Shown here: piece by piece, positions 1 through 10,350 of the stretch
Position numbering within the stretch: position 1 is the stretch's first letter
Layout: every line of letters starts with the position of its first letter
Source: Fimbriosthenelais zetlandica
Taxonomy: Eukaryota
Length of the DNA: 64,000 nt
Direction: 5' to 3'
Assembly (NCBI GenBank): GCA_977030845.1
Contig: OZ365111.1
Span: forward strand, 41,850,001 to 41,914,000
Position numbers and translations under genes: made by a program
Notes under the pieces: generated by a model
The model's database searches: none
What the model saw: only the letters and a program-made list of their open reading frames with translations
Told to the model about the DNA's origin: nothing

Positions 1-1424
1 AGGTGTTCTCTGACGTCCGTATACCCCCTATTGCTGTCTCCCCCCTTAATGCTGGCTAAGTCACCCTCGCATACCATACATAACTTTGTCCATACATGGA
101 AGACGAACGCCACATTCCATCAGTCTTCCAAGAATGTATACCAGAGTATATTGCAATGGTCACGACAAACACTTTTTCCCCCGCCATCCAGCACCTAAAC
201 CATCTAAAAGCAATTTTAAATCTTTTTTTGGGAAACTTTATATTAAAGGAGGCAAATCTTTCAGCAGGTTTGATCAGTGCAAACGTACATCAGGTGAAAG
301 AATTTGGGATATTTGAGCTGAATTGATTGATTTTAGGAGAATTTATATTTTTAGAATTGTCTTATATAAGTCATAAATTCTATATACTGCCGCACCCACT
401 CCCACGCAGGTTAAATTTGATATGGAGCGAAACCAGTGCAATGCATTCCTCAAGCGTACGAGCACTTGACGGTGGCATGTAAATGATTCCGCATGTTTTA
501 CCATTATGATGAAACCGATAAGAATGTCTGACCATTCAAACTAAGTTTTTTCTAAATGTTTACCGAAAATTAAAGGCAATGATGAAAGAAAATAGGTTAT
601 GAAGTGTGTATATATATATGTACATGTATACTAGTTTAAGCATGGAAGTACAAAACGTACAGCGTAATTCTTGAGGGGATGGGTCAGGGAACTGGGGGGG
701 GGGGGGGGGGTAGACTGGGGGTTGGTGGGGGTCCCTTACCTATTCCAGATTTCTCAGTGATGCCTAAGATGCTAAAATAATATCCTGAAACCGCCTGAAA
801 CAATGCAATATGCGACCAACCGTCAGAAGATATAGAAACTACAATAAAGTATCAGCATCCGTTTTCCTCATTCATAATCGTATGTGACATAAATGAGTTA
901 AAAGCAATGTTACTTTCCATTTTGTAAGGTGTAATTTTAATTAGACCTACGTAATTACATTTCGTACATCTATTAAGGTGGCTCAACTGGATCGAACTAG
1001 TTAGATGTTCTACATTTTCTGGTTAGGCAGATATACAAATGCACATAATGTGTGAGATATTTTGGGCAGTAAAAAGTTCAGAAGTTGACAGTAAAAAGCT
1101 CAGAAAAACCGTAGCAATTTCATGTCTTTTTGTCCCTCCCACCATGAATCAGTTCTAGGCTTTCTTCTTCCATTCAGAGCACAATAAATCTTTTGGAGCG
1201 ACCCAAGTGTAAGTTTCGCCTTTTTATGGTTTTGTTTGTAAGAGGTGATATAATTTGATGGTAATGACCGTTAAATTATGGTAATTTGATGGTATTTTTA
1301 CGGGACTGTAACACATTGGACCTCTGCCAGGCATTAAGTTCACTTTATCCTTGTCACATTGTTCACTATCTCTCACCTCGCTCCCTATTCAGCACTGTCT
1401 AATACGTCTTTCTCACCCTCTCGC

Positions 1425-1502
1425 TCATTTACTCACCCACTCACTCATTTGCTCGTTCACTCACTCACTTACTGACTACTCAATCCACTCACCCACTTAT
1501 TC
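1425..1502. repeat. Degenerate (TCAC)n microsatellite
   Basis: actcacccactcactcatttgctcgttcactcactcactt... Confidence 0.8.
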
Positions 1503-3186
1503 ACAATGATCGATTCCCTCTGGGTTTTTTTATTTTATATTTTTTCTCATCTTTTCCTAAAAATTCGAGATTTTGAATGGAAACTATAGCTGGAAAGGTG
1601 TTAGAACAGTGGGTATAGTAAATCACTTATGTTTCTCAACATTTTATAAAGAGGTACACTTGTAACAGAAAAATGAGCAAATAGAAAAGATTTTTCATTC
1701 ATTCTATTTATTCTTAAATAACTGATTTTAACATAAATAAATATACGTTTGACACGGCTTGAATGATATACCAAACGAAATCACAGTCAGTCCTTTGATT
1801 ATGTACAATAGTTGCTTCATACGCTTATAATAATTATTACACACTTGATAAAATATTTGTAAGTAGTTGAAATATCTAATTTTACAACTGTACAGGATTC
1901 ACTTTTATGTACAATACCAGTTTTTTTAAACGTTCTTTTCAGTCAAACGGTACAATGCTATACAGAAAATAAATACAACGTTATTATTGTTGTATGGACA
2001 ATAGCACCGAGAACTTTTAAGTAAGCTCGACTAATACTTTGATACAATGAACATTGCCTTATTAGTGACATAATAATTATACCGTTTGACAACCGCAAAT
2101 CAAGCACCAAATAACTTTTACACACTTGATATGAACAACGATGAATAAATAACACTTTAACATTTACAAAGACACAAAGCTTTTCTGAAAATAATTAAAT
2201 CGCAAATTACTCTTTTATAGTTATTTTCTTACAACCCTATACGAAACACCCCATTATAATTGATCAGATGGTCGTTTCATAAAAGGATTATTATATTAAC
2301 ACATGGTATGAGTTAATTGTTTCGCATACTATTCATGAAACATACGATCTGTTCAACGGTTATGTTCCTACATCATTTGTCTTAGACATTAGTGTTTGAG
2401 AAGATATACCATGCACTTCAGTGCATTTGTCGATATTAAAGTACTATAACTACACTTCTTTCTCTGAAAGCGATCATGCACCTTATTTTTGTTAATAATT
2501 ATTACACTGAAAATATAGTTCATTAAAAGCATTACTATAATGGATATAATTATATTCCGATGACTAAGTGAATTAATCTAACAACAATGTGGAAAGACAC
2601 TGAGAATGATAAACTAACGCAATGATGAGTATTTACATGCAATGAGTACTAGGCATTGGTCAGACATCAATAGATCACTACTCGAGTGAACACAGTTGAT
2701 GACTTTGAGTTAAAATGATTAATTATCAAATTCATGTGCGCATTTCAATCGATGGCATTAACTATCCCAAAGCATTCAATAGGCTCATGCATAGTCAGAT
2801 AAAACTTTAAATGCACATTGATTATATTAGTGATGATATTTTTAAATATTAAAATGTCAATTTCACAAAAGAATTTAATTGATAATCTCAATAAACGTGT
2901 ATTGACACGTTTGTTCAAAAGTGTGTATAGTGGATGTACAACAACATGACATTTATAATGCAAAAATAACTAGTCTGACATATCTCTACTGTGAACCGTG
3001 AAATATGATCGCTGACAAAGATGTATTTCAATGAAATGAATTGTGGCGATTAGGAGAGCTGATTTGTGAGATTTGACATAGCTAGGTGACCATGATACCA
3101 AGTGGGGATGGAACTTGAGATTCTGGAGCAGGATATGCGATGAAAAGTCAGGTTTATATGACAAAGAGGGCCAAGTCTCGCCACTA

Positions 3187-3197
3187 TCATAGGACGC
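3187..3197 (-). CDS. Left VWA gene, probable terminal coding exon (G-V-L-stop)
   Basis: Strong pyrimidine acceptor ctttatgtctgtctctttccag at 3198-3199 followed by GC GTC CTA TGA TAG in phase 1. Weaker alternative acceptors exist at 3368 and near 3294. Confidence 0.5.
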
Positions 3198-3430
3198 CTG
3201 GAAAGAGACAGACATAAAGGTAGCACGTTACCAGTTGGTCTCCAAGATAACATCTCACAATAATTTGATCCACCACAACAAGACAATTATAGACTGTGAA
3301 AAAGTCAGAATGTACTTCAGCCACAACCAATAAATCATTCAAAGTAAGGTAATGAAAAAGAGAGTAGCTGTATTTAAATATTGGGGGCACTTTACTGGTT
3401 CGTAAAGAATGAATTTTTAAATCAACTCAC

Positions 3431-4123
3431 CTGAACAAGAGTCGTTTAGTGTCTCGAGCATTTTTTCTTTCAGCCCAGACAACCCAGCATAATCTGGAGT
3501 GTGAAAGATATGTTTTTCAGAAGATGCTATCGCTTCGGCTTCTTCATCTGTTATGTCTTTTCCAACAGAAACGACAAAGATCTCGATCCCATCAGATTTG
3601 TTGAGCTCTGCCTCTGTGACTGTTCCTTTCAAATCGACCGACTCCTTTTCTATGAGAACGATACCGATTTTCTTGTGTTTAGGCCGCCTGGCTGCAGCCC
3701 CCCTCAACCGTGGTGCGTTAGCTGGCTGAGGAGCATCCCCAAGCATCCTGTCCTCCGGCACTTCATCCAAACCTAAGCCATTCTCTATGCTATCGTCAAA
3801 CTCAGAGAACTCATAGTCTTCCCCGAAGTCAAAGAAGCTTTCACTTCGCATATGGTGGAGAACATCAGATGTGCTGGCCTGCACGAACTGCCTCTCTGAC
3901 CGGAAGCTTTGCATGATGTCATTTTCATCTTCAAATGATTTGAGGTTGAAGCCAGGAACAGAGAGGCATTCTTTGGGCACGAGCCCCATTCTAATGCTGC
4001 CATCTTTGATGTCAAACTCTTGCACCAGGTCTTTCATGAAGTCTAAGGCTGTGTTGGTGTCATCAGGTTTGGCTGTGGGAGGAAGAGCAAAGACGAGATC
4101 GACTGGCGAGTCTGGACCACACC
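3431..4123 (-). CDS. Left VWA gene, exon encoding degenerate VWA domain 3 (MIDAS lost) with acidic insertion
   Basis: Acceptor catatctccacag at 4124-4125. Reads CGPDSPVDLVFALPPTAKP...FMKDLVQEFDIKDGSIRMGLVPKEC...KKIGIVLIE...IEIFVVSVG...AIASSEKHIF...DSCS, donor G|gtgagt at 3430. 693 nt, phase 1-1. The VWA strand/helix pattern is kept but DxSxS and TDG are replaced. Confidence 0.88.
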
Positions 4124-4339
4124 CTGTGGAGATATGAATAAAAACAGGGATAAATACATTTTAGACATATCATACTACAATTGTAAAAATGTAGATTCCA
4201 CCAATTAAGACTAATATTGATAAAATACCCTCGTAAAAGTGTTGTTAAATAACGTAAATAAATCTCCAAAAAGTATAACAAAGGTGAAAGGAAGCGATAT
4301 GTAGTGAATCTGAAATTCCAAAGAGACATCAATACCCAC

Positions 4340-5110
4340 CTTGGTCAGCAGGCAATGGTGTGGTTGTGGTAGTTGTTGGGGTTGTTGTGGTTGTGGGAAG
4401 AGGAGTGGTGGTAGGAGGGATAGTGGTGGGTGGATTCGTCACCTTACATGCTTCTATTGCCAGCAACTCCCGGATGGATCCCAAGGCATCATAATTATCC
4501 ACTCTAAACACATGAGTGGACGTCGGTTGAGAGGCGATGGCTGCAAGTTCTCTAAAATCGGCATAACGCCCGACACCAATAGCGAACAAATGGATGCCTG
4601 CTTCTCTAGCTCTTTGGGCATGCGCGGCTGTTTCCTTAGGGAAATCAGACCTTCCATCAGTGACCACTATACCAATCTTGACCACCCCATCCCTGACTCT
4701 TTCAGGGCTGAAGTAATGGCTCCTCAAACGCTGAAGGGCCCTGGCAGTGTCAGTGCCAGTCCCACGAAGATGGCGGATCTTACCGATCGCCTTCTTGATC
4801 TCCTCCTCGGTCTCAAAGTCACCAATGTGGAACTCCTTGTGAATCCTTGAACCGAAGGTCAAAGCACCAATGCGGGTGGTTGTCGGGGAGATGTCAAAGG
4901 ATCCAGTGAGATCCTGGATGAACTTGAGCTGTTTCTTGAAATCAGGAAGCCAGATGGACCTGGAACCGTCAAGTATAAAGACAAGGTCTGCAGGCTTACC
5001 ACCACAGCCCTTAGGTGGAGGTGTCAGGATCTCATTAGTCATCTCAGAGGACTGTTCCCAGGGACGGCCAACGTCACCACCAGTTCTTTCTTTTTGTTTG
5101 GAGGCACTCA
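4340..5110 (-). CDS. Left VWA gene, exon encoding VWA domain 2 (MIDAS intact) plus Thr/Pro-rich linker
   Basis: Acceptor ttattttccag at 5111-5112. Reads CGGKPADLVFILDGSRSIW...RIGALTFG...GTDTARAL...GIVVTDGRSD...LFAIGVG...IEACK, then TNPPTTIPPTTTPLPTTTTTPTTTTTTPLP. Donor G|gtgggt at 4339. 771 nt, phase 1-1. Confidence 0.93.
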
Positions 5111-5221
5111 CTGGAAAATAAGGAGCAGAAAAATGAAATTTGTTTCATTAACGAATTGGTGTTTTCATGAGTAATGAACCTTTGTTTAAATATTAACACC
5201 CAATAAAAATAATAAGCTCAC

Positions 5222-5773
5222 CTTCACAAGTTTTAAGGGCTAGGATCTTCTTCAAAGTATCAAGCGCTTCAAAGCTCTCAGCACTGAAAACATAATCTTC
5301 TTGACTGGCAATCGCTTCCAGTTCGGCTCGTCCTACTTTGGCACCAATACCCACAGCCATTATAGAGATACCGGCCTTGTGGGCTAGTTTAGCTTCCTGC
5401 TTCGTCATAACTGGGTAATCGGAATTTCCATCCGTCACAACGATAGCAATCTGCGTGATGTCTTTTCTTTTATTCCGAGACATCAACTCTCTCATTCTGA
5501 GCAAGGCAGAGTCTGTCCTAGTGCCGCCTCGTAACTGGTAGATGTTCTTTATGGCCAGGAGAGAGGACTTTTTCTCATGGTAGGTGGTCAGGTCGAATTC
5601 GAGTCGGGCATAGGTGCCATAGGTGAGTACACCTACTCGGGTGTGAGTTGGGCTGATTTGGAACTGGTCACAGACGTTCCGCACAAACTGGAGCTGTGTA
5701 CTGAAGTGTGGGCCCCAGATGCTGCTGGAGGCATCGAGAACGAAGAAGACATCAGCTGGAACACCTCCACATG
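5222..5773 (-). CDS. Left VWA gene, exon encoding VWA domain 1 (matrilin/collagen VI-like VWA, MIDAS intact)
   Basis: Acceptor tttccctgtctttgcag then (A)CGGVPADVFFVLDASSSIWGPHF...RVGVLTYG...GGTRTDSAL...IAIVVTDGNS...IMAVGIG...LKTCE, donor G|gtgagc at 5221. 552 nt, phase 1-1. DxSxS, T and TDG MIDAS residues are present. It overlaps ORF 5193-5684 but begins upstream of that ORF's start. Confidence 0.92.
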
Positions 5774-6057
5774 CTGCAAAGACAGGGAAATTCAGATATC
5801 ATATTATTTGATTCCATAATAGTGTGGGGAAACCCATCCAGATTAATTGTTCATGTCAAGGTGATAGAAATAATTCATAAATGATAAATCGTCACTCCTA
5901 GTTAAAGGTTACAGAACAGAGATGAAATACAAGCATTGGTCATAGAGGCTGTGTATAATTAGTATGTACACTCCTGAAGAGGTATTTCAAAATTTCACGG
6001 AAAAAAACATTAATGAAAGGAATAGGCCTACTAAATATCATACATGGTATCACAAGA

Positions 6058-6120
6058 ATTTCTCCTGAAACGTAGCCAAAATATTTACTATAAATATTTT
6101 GGCTACGTTTCAGGAGAAAT
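6058..6120. repeat. Perfect 30-bp inverted repeat with 3-nt loop
   Basis: atttctcctgaaacgtagccaaaatattta-cta-taaatattttggctacgtttcaggagaaat, with zero mismatches. Confidence 0.95.
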
Positions 6121-9100
6121 ATTTAAGAGTGTGTAGATCTCCAGTCGTTAACTTTGAATATAAACCTCTCATTTTTTTACGGTAAATACGTCACTAAATA
6201 CAAGCTGGGGTCATTGCAATGGTGTCATTTCACCATTGTGTTTAAAAGATCCCTGTCCGCCCTTGTCCATTCAAATAGTGGAAGTATATAAGCTGGCGAG
6301 TGACAGACTTGACATGAAGCATGGAAAGTAAGTGTAGAAATATAAAGCAGAACATTGCGTGGGACGTAACAGTTGGATTAGTTTGTTTTATGGGCTCTCC
6401 CCACACCCTCTCCCATGTCATCTAACTTTAAACTCATTTACATAGGGCGAATGTTGTGTGTGTACTTGTGTGGGTCTTGAAGGGGGCAAACAATAATCTA
6501 CTTTACTCCAAACCACCCCCGCCTATAGCTGGTGTGGAAACAGAAGGTTTACCTATAAACAAACCCTGGCAACCCTATCTTTTCTTTATGCTAACGACGT
6601 AAACCCAAGGCATGCAGGCCTGGAGAAGACAGGTCCACCCCCTCCCTAATAGTTTGAACCTACACAAGCTTGGGGCCAGAGCTTTTTCTCCAAGGGGACA
6701 TTTACTTCTGACATTATCCGGATCCATCCGGCTCAACCAGGACAATGGAATAAGGCTAAAGAGGTAGGAATAAACATGCAATATATTCAAAGCTCAGAGC
6801 AGTTATCTGGCAATGGTTTAACTACCAATGTGTCCCTTTGCACTTGCAGAGACCCCGGCAGTTTCTAATTTTGTACTGTGAGTGTCTCTACGTATGTACC
6901 TAAAACTCAATACCGCTCGTTGCCACCCATTCCCTCCATGTTCGAACATTTAAAGACCCATAAGGGTTTAAATGGACAGGTGGGGAGATATAATTGAACA
7001 CATAGACAAGATACGACCTGTCAATTCGTCAAATGATAAAGCTATGCGAATCCATTGAAAGGATTTCTTTTGACCAACACGTCTTCACATATCAGTACTA
7101 AACTGAAAAGTTCATCCATTTAAACTCCATGCCGAGAATGAATCTTGCTTTGTAACTATTCTTCAGGGATATATACCTTAGGTTAATGTATTGTCAAGTG
7201 TCCTTATCCTGAACCCACCCTTATGGATCGTAACAAGGATTGAATAGGAAACGGATGCCCCCACTCCCCATTTCCCAACCCCAGGGGTCAGAGTAAAATT
7301 AACTGTTGCGGAATTAATCGTATCAATTCTAGTATGGGACAACGGCACTTTCCTTCGTAAAGTCATGTTTAATTCAAACACAGACATCCCTTCTTCACAG
7401 TTACCGTGTGCAGGCATTCTGAGATGTTGGGAACATTCACTGTTAAAAGTCCCATACATTTAAAAAGAAACCTCAGGCAGGTGCAGGGCAATAGTAGATG
7501 GATCAACCAAGACGTGACCTCCCGAAGAATTAATTAATATACAGGTCTGCCATTCAATTAAATCAATCCAAACAATTATAATACAATTTTGTCAGGTTAA
7601 TATAAGACAAATGCTGGGCATCAGGCCAGCAGACCTGGACTTCTGAAGACACGCCTCAAAGAAAACCTTGGGCAGGTGGAGGGACATAGCAAATGTATCG
7701 ACCAAGAAGACAATGAAGCCCTTCCTGATTATAAGTCTACTCGGCAAATCACTTAAATCCGCCCAAATAATTATAGTTTTGTCGTGCTGATCTGAGCTGA
7801 ACTTATACAAAGAAACATAATGAATTCAAGGATTCGAGGACACTTCCCAACGTTTAGAACTCTCCATGTCCCTAAGCGAATGATCCCCCTCCAGTCACCC
7901 AGGGAAAGAACCATGGCAACACCCACCACCCCGCCCCCCCCCCCCCCAGCTCATCGTCACCGTCTTCATGATCCCCTCATGATTATTGACAGTAATTTTG
8001 GTGGGTCGCCAGGTGTGGTCCACAAACGTGACGCGATGTGGAATATGTTGCTTATTCACAGAGATTTCCTCAACTCGCATCAGACACCCCTTGTATTGAG
8101 TGAATGGCCGACGGCATGGCACCAGGACAGTGGCACAATAGTAAGGTTGTTAAGGTTAGGCAATTTTTTAACCGGGTACTCTTTAAGCTCAATATTCTCC
8201 ACATAATCGGTTCAATCTGCTTCAGCAAAATTAATAATAAAGTATAAAATGTATAAATAATTCTAATCTAGCATTTCTTTCACGGTTTTCCCATCTCTAC
8301 CTGTGTGAAAGGTAATTACAATTAGGGTTTTTCAGGTGTGAGCTTGCCACTACTATTATTTGTTTTAATACAAGTACATGTATATCAATAAAGAAACGAA
8401 GTAGATTAATAGAGTTACTGTTACGTTGATCGGTTAGCTGTAACCGGTTAACCGAAGCAAATACCTGGCCTTTAACATCCATACCACCGATAATAAGCGG
8501 ATGTGAAAGGCAGCTTCTACATTCCTCAACACTATTTGGGTGGGATCATGCTTTTTCCATGGTTACCATAACAGACCGTCAACACTTGTGGTTACTATAA
8601 CAGACAACTATGGGATCAAGATTGACATCTTGGGTGCCATGATCTTATATTGTATTATTGTGATCATAATGTCGAATGTGAATGCCTGGTTGCTTCAATT
8701 AAAACAGAATTAAACAGAATAAACTGCTAAATCAGACCCGCATCCCCATCGAGTTGAAAGAATAATCTGATGCTTCAGATCTTTATCACTTAAGATAGTG
8801 TTTAGTCTTTTATTTTTATCACTAACGTACCGGTATGTCCCTATGGAATGGGACTGAGTTCGTGTTCTATGGTAAATTGCGTGCTAGCAAGCGGTTGCTT
8901 TCATGTTATGTAACGTCCTATATAGATGCAGCAAAAAGTGAATGTTTATTCCTGTGGTTTGGTTTGTTGTCCTTTATGAGCTGTGTCTACTTTTAAAATG
9001 ATGGACGACCGCAGCTTTGGAATGAAGGGGGTAGAATAGGGGGCAGGATTGGGAGGGAGAAAGCAGCTAAAGGGGGAGGAGGAACTACTTTGAAAAGATT

Positions 9101-9714
9101 GAGGATGGGGTGGAGGGAAGGGGAGCGAGTGGGGGGGGGGAGTGAAAAGGGGGATGGAAGAAGAGAAGGGGTACCGGTTGATGAGAGATGGACAGAAGGG
9201 AGGTACAAATTACAATATGGAAGGGAAGAGGACGGAAGGGATCGGGAAAGTATATGCATATCCTGCAGAAAGAAAGGGAGGAATGGATAATCTAGGGGTG
9301 GGAGAATAGGTTTAGATAGTGAAATATGTCAGAAGGAGATGAAGAGTCAGAATTTTTAATGGGTTATCTAGCATAATGATGGATAGGCCCTAAGACCCGG
9401 TCCAGGTTCAGGTCCGGCTAGCTAGGATACCTGCAAGCTCTAAAACAATACCAACGCACTAAATCAACCCTGAAGGCGAGATGTCAACAAACCCTCACAT
9501 TGGTACTGATGTACTCATAGTTCTTGTTTATACTGGGGGAAAAGGGAAATTGTTCGTCTTCCAAAGTATGTTCCTAGGGAGCTTGTTACTACAAGTGGAC
9601 AGGGAAAATATTTCCTCTCTTTACCATCATTTGTAAACAACGGATGGCCTTTCTTGACCATGAATCTGTGGAATATAGAGGGGAATCCCGAGGGGAATTT
9701 GAGACAGGTGACGG

Positions 9715-9929
9715 GTGAGTAATGATCAGAATGATCTAGAGTGAGCTACTGAGAACAAGTGAGTGAGAAAGTGAGTATAAGTTTATTGAAAGTGAGTAAA
9801 CGAGTGAGTGAGCAATTGAGTGAGAATGAATGAGCAAGCGGTTGAACAAATGTCTGTATGGATGAGCAGGTGAGTGAATGAGAGAGCAGGTGAGTGAGTG
9901 AGTGAGTGAGTGAGTGAGTGAGTGAGTGA
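9715..9929. repeat. (GAGT)n microsatellite, pure at 9890-9929, degenerate upstream
   Basis: Directly visible. It explains the HSLT-repeat ORFs at 9736-9993. Confidence 0.9.
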
Positions 9930-10328
9930 ATATGAGTATGCCAGTGAGCAATTGAACAGGTATACAAATGATTCCGGGATAGTTAGGAAACAAAATTACA
10001 CTAATTTTAACACCGATGCCTGCTCTCTGGAAGACCCCGGGAGAAAAACAAAACTGCAGAGAAGAGGTATGTATGTGACGGGTTTAGGTGTACATATACA
10101 TATGTGCATTTTGTGATTGTTGGGGGTGGCTATACCCTCTACTGCTTTCATAGCCATAGCATCATCCGTACATCACAAATATTGTTTGACATAATACACC
10201 AGACCTTAACAGTATGTATCTTCCCCCTTAAAAACACCTCTCTCTTGCGTCATTGAGATATAAGATAGGAAACTCCAGCTGGAACATGACTATAATAGAG
10301 TTAGCACAGCTATATTTATTCCACTCAC

Positions 10329-10350
10329 CTGTTTTATGCTCCTGGCACAC
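10329..10350 (-). CDS. Left VWA gene, candidate 22-nt micro-exon (VCQEHKT) at the signal-peptide cleavage region
   Basis: Very long polypyrimidine acceptor (cctctttccctcgttctcatttttctgttgtccttcgtttttccag), exon GTG TGC CAG GAG CAT AAA ACA G, donor gtgagt. Phase 0 to 1 joins in frame to the 5773 exon and mirrors the right gene's 25-nt exon. The upstream signal-peptide exon was not located. Confidence 0.55.

Noticed and set aside
86-326. Two overlapping 76-aa ORFs at the window start
   Set aside because: No similarity to anything I recognise and no supporting splice structure.
3501-5121. Plus-strand ORFs at 3501, 3871, 4341 and 4870, and other alternative-frame ORFs over VWA exons (also 49976, 50050, 51761, 51816)
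   Set aside because: Antisense or off-frame shadows of real VWA exons.
8993-9290. Pro/Ser-rich and Gly/Glu/Arg-rich ORFs (also 29920-30346, 45323-45748, 56066-56380)
   Set aside because: They arise from purine/pyrimidine-skewed low-complexity DNA and poly-C/G runs.
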